From Vicugna vicugna (lineage: Eukaryota), in contig MU058896.1 in NCBI GenBank assembly GCA_013265495.1, positions 62,001 to 126,000 of the forward strand: a DNA stretch of 64,000 nucleotides. The letters are read 5' to 3'. The position numbers were made by a program, and so were the translations under genes. Shown here one piece after another: positions 43,206 through 54,952 of the stretch (positions are counted from its first letter, which is position 1; the number at the start of each line of letters is the position of its first letter). The notes beneath the pieces are model-generated. The model saw nothing but the letters and a program-made list of their open reading frames with translations. It did no database searches and was not told where the DNA came from.

Positions 43206-46200
43206 CTTCTCTGTAAGGACAGGGAGAATGTCAAGGGATGGAGATCCGCTTAGAGGGTTTCAGCCTGAACCTGGGTCCAGAGCCTCAGAGAGAAGCCTTT
43301 TTCTGGATTACCGGGATCTGGTGGGAAATCTCCCATGGGGCTCCTCTGCACCTGCTGTGGTCTCCCGGGACCCCTGACATCTCTGAGCAGAGCAGAGTGC
43401 CTTCATCGGAGCCTCCTGCAGGCCCATGTGCGCCCGGTTCCCACTTAGATAGATGCTTGCTTCTTGAAGTGTGCTCTGAGCAGCCCATGCAGGCGCCTCC
43501 CCCGCCATCCTTCTCTTGGCACAGACGATTCTCTGCCCGGTGGCGACAGGCTGTTCTTGTTTGAAAACAGAAAAGACACCATCGTTGCTTTTTTTTTCCC
43601 GCTTTCCCAAAACACGAGGCCGACTTCAATGCCGTGTGTCAAGTGCTGGCTCCATGTGTGCACGTGGTGGGTTCCTGCTCCCCTCCCCGTCAGTGCCTCC
43701 ACTCCTGGACCCTGGGAGGCACGGTGACTTCACCTGCTGCATGAGGTGTGCCAGCCAGGGCTGTGGACACATGGGGCCCCTGGGCAGATGCCAGAGGCTC
43801 TCTAGGCTGTCAGTGACCCAAAAAAATCACTGTTGAATTTTGTGACTCAGAAGTGAGCCCAGCCCACGCTCCCCTCAGGTGTCTTGAAACCCTGGCAGAG
43901 GTGTGGTATCAGGTACAGTCACACTGGGGAGGGCTGGGCTGTGAAGACCTGGTTGGTCTTAGAGGCCCAAGGAGGGCACCTGGATGGAGAGAGTGTGCCA
44001 GGGCCCAGGCTGGAGAGTGTTGGGGGCCCAGTCTACCGGGCTGCGGGGAGGAGGGGGAAGCCTGCGGGAGCAAAGGGAGGAGGCAGCCTGGGCAGCAAGC
44101 AGGAGCGCTGGGCCCCTGACCGCGAGCCTGGGCTGGACGGGCTGCGGGGACCATGCCTGGCGTAGCCCAGAGCCATGCACGCAGTGGGGGAGGCGGGGAG
44201 ACGGTGGATGACAAGGCCCGCAGTGCGTTTCCCAGCCCTGCAGGGCCTTATACCTGATGCTCCTGCTTTCCCCGCCGCGGTGGGGCCTGCGCTGCAGGGG
44301 GCTGGCGCAGAGTGGGCTTCAGGGTGGAGGCACCGTTCCTGGTCCACCTCTTAGGTCTCTGGCTCTGAGTTCCCTGGAAGCAACCCTGCCGCCCCCATGC
44401 CCTCTGGGTATAACTGGGCGTAAACCACCGGGAAGTGGCTTCTCTGATGAAGGGGCCCTTCCCACAGAGCAGGGAGGGTGTAAACGTCCAGGCCCACGTG
44501 CTCGGGTGTCAGATTTTTCAGGGAGGGGCATCCCAGAGGGCCTTGCCCCGAAGACTGAGGGGCTACATGCCTGGGGGCTGACTCCCTGGGGCCAGAGTGG
44601 GTGTTGACTAGAGGCTGGCTTGTCACCCCAGCTCTGAGGCCTCTGTGACAGTGTTCTGGGCCCCAGCCAGCTCTGGTGCCCACCAGGTTCTCACATCCCC
44701 ACCCCCAGAGGAAAAAGTTGGTCTCTCCGCACCGGTTCCTCGAGCCTCACTGGCCAGTCAGTGGGGCTCGGACACGGCTGTCTCCTCCCCTCTTGTCCAC
44801 CCTGCAACACTGGGACGCAGCTCAGCTGGGCAGCCAGGAGGCTGGGGGATGCTTGTCTGCACTGCCACTGTGGTGCTGACACATGCAGCCTCTCTGGAAG
44901 GGCTGAGAGGGAGCTGCTGGCTGAGTCGAGCGGTCCAAGTAGACCAGCTCGACCTGCCAGTTGCTGTGGGTGACACTCCCCACGCCTGAGCCAAGAGCAG
45001 GTGCACTTCAGGCTGGAGTCAGGCAAGACTGAGAGACGGACCTCTGCACAACTGGGACTGACTTGAGTCTCAGAAATGCTTTAGAAAGTGCTTAATTTGA
45101 GAAGGGTCCTGGTGCGAAGAGCCCGGGGGTGAGTGGTTGGGTTCCTTCGTGAGGATGGAACGGGGATTGACACGTGCAGGATGCCTGCTGTGTGCCAGGT
45201 GGGGACATGAGCGTGTGGCCTGTCACCACTGCTCTCCGTGTAGGGGGATGGCCGTGCATGGTCTGAAGGGACAGAGACACGCGGTCAGCGACCTGGGCAG
45301 TGGCCTGGGACCCAGGAGCTGGGCTTGTTTTCTCCAGGTCTGTCCGGGAAGTCCGAGCTCAGAGCCTGTGCCTTTAAGAGTACCCACGTGAGGTGCCATC
45401 CTACGGCCTGTGTATGGGGCGGGGGGTGTGGTGGAGCCGAGCTGTTACTCTACCACGTGGGACATTTCTAGGAGAAGCGCCAGGCACAGAACGGGTGTCA
45501 GGCCCCTCTGGGATCCCTCCTGGATACCTTGTTTTCCCTGGAGCACATGATTCTTAAGGGAAGGGCTGAGTGGGTCTCCACCCCGTGGGTCCAGGGCCTT
45601 CTGCAGCATAGTGGTCCATGCTGCCCTGTCTACGGGTTGAGTCTCTGGAAAACTCATTTTCCCCAAAAGGTGCCTTTGGAACCAATGCCCTAGACCTTCA
45701 TGGGGACCCACTCTCCTGGCTGGCCTGCGGGTGGCCAGCTGGAGCCCCGAGTCGGTGTCTGGCAGCTGTGCCCATTGGGGGTGGTGCGGCCGTGCAAGTC
45801 CCATCTCCTCCCACGAGCCTGGCCGACTGGGCAGTGAGCCATGGGCTGGACAGGCTGTCATGCCACGACGACAGCTGGGATTATCACTGGAGGTGGTAAT
45901 TCCCACATGACAGCTTCAAGTTTCAGGTCAAGGGCTGAAGCTCATCCTCGGCTCCTCTTGCATCTGGATGGAGAGCCTCGCTGGCTTGTTTCCAACCTGG
46001 TTCCTAAGCTGTTTCCCAGACCCTGTGCTCCACAGAGACCCGGAGGCCCCCAGGAGTCGGGGAGCACATCGCGTCTGGGACAGTGGGGGGGACATGCCTT
46101 CCTGGTGGGTGGCTCTGCAATGGTGGAGTGGGGCCAGCGTTTGGCGCCCTGGTTGGCTTTGGGGTGGACCAGAGGGACAGAATCACAGTGCCAAGGTCAC

Positions 46201-47624
46201 CCCTTGACCCATGGAGACCCAACCGGTACCATGGATCCTGCTGGATCCCAGCCCCGGGAAGAATCTTGCTGGCAGCCCCGAGCACATGGGCCCTTCCATG
46301 TTTCCCAGAGTAGAGCCCTCAGCCTGGTGTGGACGTAGGAGCAGCACTGAAGATGCCAGGCGAAGTCAGGCAGGGGGACATCGTGCAGCTTTCTGGGATG
46401 TGGTGCCGGCAGCTGTCACAGGCTGGACCGCGGGAATGGCCGAGGCTTCCGATAATTACAATAAATGATGCTTGTGCTTCTAGACGCTTCCTCCCTCTGG
46501 GAGGTGCCCTGCTTGTCACCCCCCGGGGTGTGTGGGTGGAGTGTCATTATCCCCATTTCACTGGTGGGAACGTGGAGAGATGAAACAATGCCGCCGGGCC
46601 CGCGACGATGCCAGCTTGTTTATTGTCTTTCTTTGCGGCAGGGATGATTGAAGGAGGCCCCGGAGGTCGGGCTAGTGGAGCCTGGAAACAGAGGGCATTC
46701 TGTCTCCTTTTCAAGATATGTTAAGTCCAGGATGGATGAGTTCCTGACCCTCCCATGATTCCCGTGCACAGGTTTTCCAAGAGAGCATCCATTTGGGGCT
46801 AGACTTTGAGACCTTGCACCTTCTGGTCTGTTCCTTGCCTTTGACATCTGAGACATCTCAAATTCGGGTACAGAATACCAGATATCACCCCTTTACACAA
46901 GCCGACTCCGAGGCCACCCTCAGGACTCCTGAAACTGGGGATCCAGCTCAGGGTGTGGCTGAACCCGTGAGGTCCCTGGAGGTGGCCTTGGCCGGGCAGA
47001 CCTCCCAACTTTGCTTAACTTTCCAGCCCTGGGGCTCAGGACACATTGCTTCCACTTCTAAACCGTCAGCTTTTTCTGTTAAACAAGGCGCCCGCGGCCA
47101 CCTTGCAGATGTGTGAGGATTCGTGGTGGCACACCTGGCCCAGACCTGGTGCTGCTGCTGGGTTGCCTCCTGGAGATCTGAGCCCCCGACTCAGGCTGGC
47201 ACCTGGGGGCCTCCCCCTCAGTGCATCTGGAAGCCAGTGAGTCTCCAGGAGTGCCGTCTACTGGGCTGACCCAGGACTGGGGCAGGGGCGAGATTGACAG
47301 GCTCCCACAGAACCCCAGGCTCCAACAGAAGCCCTCCCGCCAGGGCGCAGCCGCTAACTGGATGGGGGACCTCTTGATATAAAGAATTTTGGCCCACTTG
47401 GTGTAGCTGCCAGCCTGACGGTGGTAGGGAAAACAGGAAAACCTCCCAGATCGACCAGCTATATCTCAGAAACGGAGCAGCCTCTCATTGCCTGTGGGTG
47501 GCCTGGGGTGACAGTGCCAGGCCGGACTGACGTCTGTCCGGAATGATGCTCTGGGTCTTCAGGAAACAGCTGGATTATGTTCCCAGTTCCCCATTTAAGA
47601 GAGAAAAACAGGTCTATTTTGTTC

Positions 47625-48120
47625 TTTTTTGTACCATTTAGATGACATAATGTAACCGAAAACTAAACACTTCCAAGTAAATGGTTCAGTGGCACTTGAT
47701 TCACGATGCTGTGCGCTCACTACCTCTTTTTAGCTCCCAGACATTTTCATCACCCACGAAGGAAACCCCGTACTCGCGAGGGTTCTACTTTCTGTCACTG
47801 TGGATGTGCCTGTTCTGGATGCTCCATGTACACGGGATCAGACAGCATGGGGTCTTTTGCCTTCTTGGCATAACGCTCTGGGGGTTCATCCTGTGGTGGC
47901 AGGTGTCCGTACTCCCGGCCTTTCTGAGACTAAACAATACTCGACTGTGTGGATAGACCACTTGGGTGTACTCATCAGATGATGGACATTGGAGTTGTTT
48001 CACCCTTCGGCTATTGTGAAATAGAGTGCTCTTTAAACTTGCTGATTTAGGTTTTGGTTTGAACTCCTGGGTTATATGCCTTGGAGGGAAATTGCTGGGT
48101 CGTAGGGTTATCAGGTTGGC
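47625..48120 (-). mobile_element. L1MB8-like 3' fragment
   Basis: 'gttcagtggcac...cagacattttcatcaccc...ttctactttctgtcactgtggatgtgcctgttctggat...gatggacattggagttgtttc...ggctattgtgaa'. Confidence 0.8.
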
Positions 48121-48199
48121 CTTCTAAAAACATCTTCTCTTTGAAATGTGTTTGGAAAGTAAGTGAATAGGCAGGTCACACAGGAGGACGGGTGCAGTC

Positions 48200-48330
48200 A
48201 GGGTCCACCTGTTAGTCTCTTGGAGGCTCAGTTTCCCTGTCTGAAGAATGGGCATCTGGAAGTTCCTGCCCCTAAGGGGATGGGGAGGTTCAGGGAGATG
48301 GTATGGGTGCCTGGGCCGGGGGCAGTGCTG
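48200..48330 (+). mobile_element. MIR SINE
   Basis: 'ggctcagtttccctgtctgaagaatggg'. Confidence 0.6.
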
Positions 48331-50064
48331 GGCAAAGGTTGGCAGGTGTTTTGCAAAAATAACCATTAGCAACATCAAAATTTGAGGCTTTTCCACTGTT
48401 TGGGACACTGACTTCCCTGAAGCACCTCAGACGTTCACTGACTGTACCCGAGCTTCTGCTGCACAACAGACAGGGCCTGATCCCCAGGACCCGTGGCCTG
48501 TCCCACGGATGGAGTCCCCTCCTAGAGCATAGGGCGGTGGGAGGAAGGCTCAAACTGAGGATGAGTGTGGAGTCCAGAACCAGCTCTGTCCCGTGGAGCC
48601 CGTGGGCTCTTCTGTGACCTCCATCCCAGCCCAGTTTTCAGGGGCGACGCCTCCCTGGCTGGACCCCCCAAGGATATGAGCCACGATCAGGAAGAGTCCC
48701 CAGCACTGTGCCATCACTGCCACGGTGCTGCTGGCCTGGGACCCAGGGTGGGAGTGGGGCTAGAGGCGGGCAGGTGCCCAGGCGGGGCCTCTGTAGATAA
48801 GATGCGCTGGGGGCTCCGGGCCTGCCTCACTGCCGCTGGCCGAGCCACCAGAAGGAGGCTGGTGTTTGATCAGCTTTTACTTTTGTAAACAAATGTGGCC
48901 CAGCGTTTGCTGGAGGTGTAAACAGAAACTGGAGACCACCCTGCCGCTGGGGTCTTTCTGCGTGACTGAGTTCCTGCCCACCCATCCAAGTTCCAGGGCC
49001 CCGTCTCTTGTTCCGTTCTCTTGACCCGTGTGTGTGCTGATCGGTGAACTGCTCCCCTGGTCCTACCTGTTGTCCCCATCTGTTCTGGGCAGGGAGGACT
49101 GAGAGTGTGACCTTTGCTCCTCCAGAGGGCCTGCTCCAGCCTCAGCCTGGGGCACACTGGCCAGAGGGTTGGACAGGAGCTGGGATCTGGGACAGGAACT
49201 GGGGATCCTCCATGCATGTCGGGTCCAGGAGCGCCACCCCACTCCCCCAACCCAGCTTGGCTGCTCCCTGGAGACGAGTCGCCAGCAGTCCAGGCTCCAT
49301 TCTGCACACATTTCCTGAGAGCTCTGCAGCGGGGGTCCTGCAGGGTGGGGCAGAGGCCTCAGAGGGGGCCTGGCTCCCTGATATGCAGAAGTGGGAATGG
49401 GGAATGGGGTGTCAAGGTCGCTGGGGTCCCCTTGAGGAGCCGGCAGGACTTAGGCTGGTCTGGGGGCAGTTGGTGTTTTCCAGGCAGGTATGGTGTGGGT
49501 GTACGTGGGCTGCAGGCTCATGCTGTGCAGTCACTGCGTGTGATCTGTGATGGGCCAGGTCCTCCTCTGACCTCAGAAAACCGGCCAGCAGGAGTTGTCA
49601 GCCTGGGTCAGGAAGGTGCAGGTGGACAGAGAAGAGGCCTCAGAAAGGGATGCTGTGCAAACTCTGTAAGAAGAGGGAGTGGCTCAGACTGGCGTGTGGC
49701 CGCCGGCAACAGTGACTGTGCCAGTTTGACTGGTGGGACAGCGTGATGGTTGGTTGAGGCTGCCTTTCCAGGGAATACCAAGGCTTCCCTTGATTGTCTA
49801 TTATTAAACAGATACACGGGTTGGGAGATGTAAGGCCTGGGTGCCCATCAGCCAGCCCTGTCTCACAGCTCAGGGAGCACACCCTTGGAAGTTTCGATTC
49901 TCTGCCTATTTTGTTTCTGCTTATTTGGGACGTGACTGCACAGGGACTGTTAGAGATTAAGAGGGGAGCCCCCTCGTCCCTCCCCCGATCCCCTCCCCTG
50001 CACAGCCACCCAGCATGGCCAGCGGGAGGGAGGAGCCTCCAGAATGTGTGTGTGTTTGGTTCTG

Positions 50065-50630
50065 TATACGTAACATAAAATGGATCATTTTTATCCTTGT
50101 AAGTGTGCAGTGCAGTGGCATTAACCACATTCACATTGTTGTGCAACCATCCCCACCATCCATCTCCGGATCTCCTTTCATCTTCCCAAACCCAAACTCT
50201 GTCCCCGTTAATCAGTAGCTCCATTCCCTCCCAGCCCCAGACCCCCGGAGCCCCTGTCCCACTTGCTGTGTCTGTGAATTTGCCTGCTCTGGGGACCCCA
50301 TCTCAGTGCAGTGCTGGAGTGCATCTGCCCTTCTGTCACTGGCCCGGCTCACTGAGCACAGCGTCCTCGAGGTTCCTCCGTGGTCTGGCACGTGTTGGAG
50401 TGTCCTCCTTTTCTAAAGCTGAGTGATATTCTGCTGGACGGATAGACTGGCCCATTCATCCATCAATGGATGCGTGGGTTGCTGCCATCATTTGGTTGTT
50501 GTGAGTAATGCTGCTGTGAACGTTGGTGTGCAAATAACTCTTCCGGTCCCTGCTTTCAGTTTCCTTGAATGCATGCCCAGAAGTGGGATTGCTGGATCGT
50601 GTAGTCATTCTCAGTTTAATTTTTTGAAGG
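50065..50630 (-). mobile_element. L1MB 3' fragment, GC-shifted
   Basis: 'gtaacataaaat...cagtggcattaaccacattcacattgttgtgcaaccatc...aatgctgctgtgaac...gaagtgggattgctggatc'. Confidence 0.88.
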
Positions 50631-52689
50631 ATTGTTTTCTAAACCAGCGTTGGCCTTGAGGTGTAAGAATGGGCGTGACCTGGGCACTGACTGGGACACC
50701 CCCCCACCGCCGCCCCGGGACTTAACTCCTCCTACTTTTTCAGCTGGGGGCTGCCTTTCTTTTTGCACCAGAGATTAGACTTTAGATTTGCAGACTGCCG
50801 GGCTTGGGGCCTTTGAGTCAGCTTGCCTGGAGAGGAGGAGGCTTCGGACTTCATTGTGCAGTCCCTTCTCCACACTGAGCCGGGGGCCATGAATCAGTCC
50901 ACGCTCCTGCTCCCCTCTCTGCTGGTGAGCGGTTCAGTGGAGCTGCCCTCCTCTCCCTGAGCCTCCAGAGGCTGTCGGATCCCAGGCCCACACCCCCTGC
51001 TCTCCCATGTTTGGCTTCAGCTTTGGGGAGAGCTTGGCAGGGAGCGCCCAGCTGCTGCAGCCACCAGGTCCCCAGTCCTTCTTGGGGTGGCCGGGCCCGG
51101 AGCAGTCTTCCCCGTGGCTGTTCCTGGCCTCTCTCTGCTTGGCTTTGGTTCTGGGGAGACAGCAGCTTTCAAAAATCCCCTAATAATGCGCCTTATGCTC
51201 AAGAGGAGGGAGCCCCGCCTTGTGGGGGGACCTCAGGTGTGAAAACCACGCTGTGAGAGGAAGGCGGGTCCCTGTGCCCCAGTTAGAAGGTGAGTAGGTA
51301 GGGCGCAGGCTCTCCTCCCGCCCACCACGCTGGCATTGGGACAGCCTAGGGGAATCAGCAAAATGTGGGGGTCGAGTCCAGATCAGCTGGACAGTGACTG
51401 GCCTGAGCCCCCAGGTGGAATGCAGGGGGGGTGGCCGGCTGGCCAGAACCCAGACGTTAAAGCGTCAGTTCCTCAGACGTCGGTTTGGGGAGATGTGTGC
51501 AGGCTGGGAAGACAGCTGGGTTTTAGTTGCCGGGGAGCCTCGTAATTACCCCCCAGAGCCTGGCTGCCAACCTGGTCCCTCAGTCTCACCTGGTGTAGGT
51601 GAAGAAGCATCCACGTCGGAGCCGATGGTTCCTTCGACACTGACCGGCAGACCCGCACCAGTGACTTGATTTTGTACCAGGTTTTATCCTGGGTGTTGCT
51701 GAATCATCTCGTGACTTCACAAACGTGAGTTCTTGCAAATCCTCCGGGGTGAGCCCTGGGGCTCTGAGCTCAACCTTGAGGTCCTCACTGAGGGCTTCCT
51801 GGGTGTTGATTTAACCTTGGACGTGAGCTCAGTGTAGTCACAGGCCTGGAAATCAGGTGGCGTGCTCAGATAAGAGGGTGGGTGTTCTTCCAGGAGATGA
51901 AGAATATGTTGATTTTTCTAAGATTGCTGTTTTGAAAAACAGTTCAAAGATTCTTAGGACATGGGGACGCTGATGATTCTGAGCTAATGTAAAAGCCAGG
52001 TGCAGAGGCGGGGTTGGGCGGGAGGCAGAGGATGGGAGCTGCTGAAGAAGGTGGGGAGGGGAGGGCACAGCCACCACCCTGAGGAGCGACAGTGACATTT
52101 TAGAGCTGAGGGGGCCTCTATCCATGGTCCAGTTCACAGGCCCAATTTTAAGTCAGGAAACCCGAGACATGGATGGCTCACTGACCTGCACCATCTCAGG
52201 GGTGCGGCCACCTGGCAGGACCAGAGCCTCTTGCTTCAGAGAAGTTCCCACCCCAGCTTAAAGCTGGCCCACCTGGAGGGCGAGTCCTAGGTTGCAGGAC
52301 TAGAGCAAAGAGCTTGGTGACCTAGGGGGACCACTCAGGTTCACGGGAGCAAGGCCACGACAGCTGAGGCCTTCTGCCCTTGCGCCTGCCCCCCGCCTGC
52401 CCTGGGAAACAGCTCCAGTGGTTGGCAAGTTTCGAATAGGGGTTGCAGTGACTTAGGACAAGAAGGCCTCTGTGTTGGTTTTATTCAAAAAAGAAAAATC
52501 TGTGATTCCCCCAAAGAAAGTGGAAGCTGAAATCAGAGTCATTTTGGGGGCAGGGTTGGGGATTAGGGGTCTGCGTTAACAGGGTTTTGTGTTTTCTAAT
52601 ACAATCGAACCCTCCACAGCTGTCTTCAGGGATGCTGGGTGAGAACTAGTTAAGTGCCTTTGAAAATTCATGGGAGGAGGAGGCAGAAC

Positions 52690-52800
52690 TTGGGTACAGT
52701 GCCAGAGTGTGTGCTTAGCATGCATGAGGTCCTGGGTTCAACCCCCAGTACCACCATTAAATAAACAAACCTGATTACCCCCCCCCAAAAAAACCCCAAA
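52690..52800 (+). mobile_element. tRNA-derived camelid-type SINE with characteristic tail
   Basis: 'gtgcttagcatgcatgaggtcctgggttcaacccccagtaccaccattaaataaacaaacctgattacccccccccaaaaaaa'. The A box is degraded. Confidence 0.88.
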
Positions 52801-53129
52801 GCCCAAGGTCCAGGGCATCTGAGCAGTGATAACCCAAAACAGTGATCCTGGTACCTGCAGCCCCTTCAGTGGCCCATGGATTAAGGGTCCACAAGATTGA
52901 GAGGTACCAGGGTGCCTCCGCAGCTTGCTGAAGGAACCCACCCAGGTCTCAGGGTCCTCCACCTGGTCTGCTACCCTCCTGTGGACATACCTGTATGCAG
53001 TCAGCACCTGTATGCAGGCACCAGGGACACGGGGTAGTGGTGGAGTCAGCCAGCACGTGTCCGTCCTGGTGGAGGTAGTGCCTTGAGTCTGTGCCCCGGC
53101 TGCTTTCTGGAATCCCCGAGGAATCCTTA

Positions 53130-53250
53130 ATGGTCACTAAGACCCAGGCTATTCCAGGCATCTTGATTCAGTTGGTCTGTCTTGGGCCCGCCTGTTATGT
53201 TTTCAAAGCTCCCCAGGTGACACTGATGTGTCACCAGGGCTCAGGACACC
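53130..53250. mobile_element. MER5-like hAT-Charlie fragment
   Basis: 'cttgattcagttggtctg...gggccc...tttcaaagctccccaggtgacactgatg'. Confidence 0.6.
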
Positions 53251-54261
53251 TGTTAGAAGTCACAGGTCTAGCTGGGACATGGGGGTGGAGAAACTGGGGT
53301 GAGGCACAGGCATGCAGGGGACTGGGACTTTGGCCGTCTGTGGACACCCAGGCTTGGCGGTCGGTCTTAGCCTGCAGTGAGCAACCAGCCACCCCAGCTG
53401 CCACTCCTCTCAGCTGCCCACGTGGAAAGAGCTGAAAACAGTCGCCTATCTACAGTCCGGGGGCCCAAGAGTGGCCCTGTGCCGGGCCCTGTGCCCACCT
53501 GGCCTGGGTGTGTTTGGTGGTGGAGGTGGTTGTAAACTGGGGACTGACTGCCTGGGAGGCCACGTGTGCTGTGGTCTGGGCTGCTTGCAGCTGAGTCATA
53601 GTGAAGTGACTTAACCCAACTGGAATTACCTCTCAGAAATTCCACAGCAGAGAGGGTGCCCTTTGGAAGGAGTTGAGAAGTGGCCCTCATGTGAGACTTG
53701 GAACGGGCTGGGCCCTCGTAGGCTGTTGGCCCAGTGAGGGGTCCCCTAGATTAGAACAATTCTGAGAACAGAGCGACAGAAGGGCCAAGGGCTTGGAGTT
53801 AGCCTGGGAGGCGGGGTGACCGCCTTCAGGTGCCTGCAGGAGGGAGGTTTTCGCTCTGTAACTAGATGGTCCCAAATAGCAGGGAGCCTGTTGCAGGATA
53901 AGCCACTCTGCTCAGAGGGACACCTGGCTGGGAGGGGCCCTGCGGCCTGTTCCTGGCCCTACACCTGGGTCAGCAGGATCAGGTCAGATTCCATGGACAG
54001 GGATTAAAGGATGTCCCTGACATCTAGACACTAGCATTGGGGGGCCGCCTTTCAGGCCCCGCTGCCCCAGATAGTGCTCAAAGCCCGGACTTGTGTTGCT
54101 GGGGGAGCGAGTCGCTGGTCCACCCCACCTCGCCCTGCCGCCTTTGGCTAGTCAGTTGTGAGGTCAGTCTACCTGAGGTCCCTGTTTGACACCTGCAAGT
54201 GACAGGTAGGGTACGGCCCCTCTCCCCGTCTCTAACCCCGGCTGCCTCTCTGTACACACAG

Positions 54262-54428
54262 ATGCATCATTCGGAACGCCGCCGGGGTACGGCTGTGCCG
54301 CGGACCTGGCTGAGGAGCAGCGCCGGCACCAGGACGGGCTGCCCTACATCGACGACTCGCCCTCCTCCTCGCCCCACCTGGGCAGCAAGGGCAGGGGCAG
54401 CCGGGACACACCAGAGGCCACCAAAGCG
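54262..54428 (+). CDS. BCR: BCR exon 2 (D-ASFGTPPGYGCAADLAEEQRRHQDGLPYIDDSPSSSPHLGSKGRGSRDTPEATKA)
   Basis: Acceptor acacag| at 54260-54261, donor GCG|gtgagt at 54429. 167 nt, phase 1 to phase 0. Confidence 0.97.
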
Positions 54429-54938
54429 GTGAGTCCCCAGGTGGGAGGGCCCGGTGTGAATGGGGCTAGGCTGGGCTGCAGACCCGCCGTCCTCACGAGC
54501 AGGTAGCAAGCAGGTAATGGGACCGTCAGTGGTCGGAAGTCGGAGTCACTAAAACCCCTCAGCCCTGCATCTGGTGCACGGAGACCACCTGCTGGGTACC
54601 AGGCAGGGAGGTGATGGAGCTGCCAGCCAAGGGTGGAGGAGGCAGGCAGCCCATGCTGAGGCTGAGAACTTGGCTGCTGGATCTGGGCGGTGGCCCCAGC
54701 AGGGTCTGAGTGCACAGTGTCCAGGCTTCTGTCCCCAGACCCCACACGGTACCCTTGCCCCTTTTACCCAAGGACACGCTGTGTGACTGTGTTTGCTGGT
54801 CACAGTGACCTGCCAGGCCCGGTCGCCAGGGCACCAGCGAGGGGCAGCCCTGGAGTCCAGCACTGGGCCTCAGCAGGGAGGGGCAGACGCAACCCCACCC
54901 ACACCTTCTCTCAGCTCCGTGGTGGGGCTGGTCGGCCT

Positions 54939-54952
54939 CCAGCAGGGGGCCT
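54939..54952 (+). promoter_or_regulatory. Candidate CTCF motif
   Basis: CCAGCAGGGGGC matches the CCASYAGRKGGC core exactly. Motif match only. Confidence 0.35.

Larger units (their letters stand above)
13799..54261 (+). other. BCR: BCR intron 1 (40,463 bp, GT-AG, phase 1)
   Basis: Bounded by the exon 1 donor and the exon 2 acceptor; G|AT rebuilds the Asp codon. Confidence 0.93.

Noticed and set aside
42446-43234. 262-aa minus-strand ORF; likewise 55272-55997, 56868-57671, 25230-25913, 4378-5019 and 37848-38459
   Set aside because: Non-ATG or poor starts, Pro/Gly/Ala/Arg-rich composition, overlap with MIR or CA tracts, and no domain similarity. Expected by chance at this GC content.
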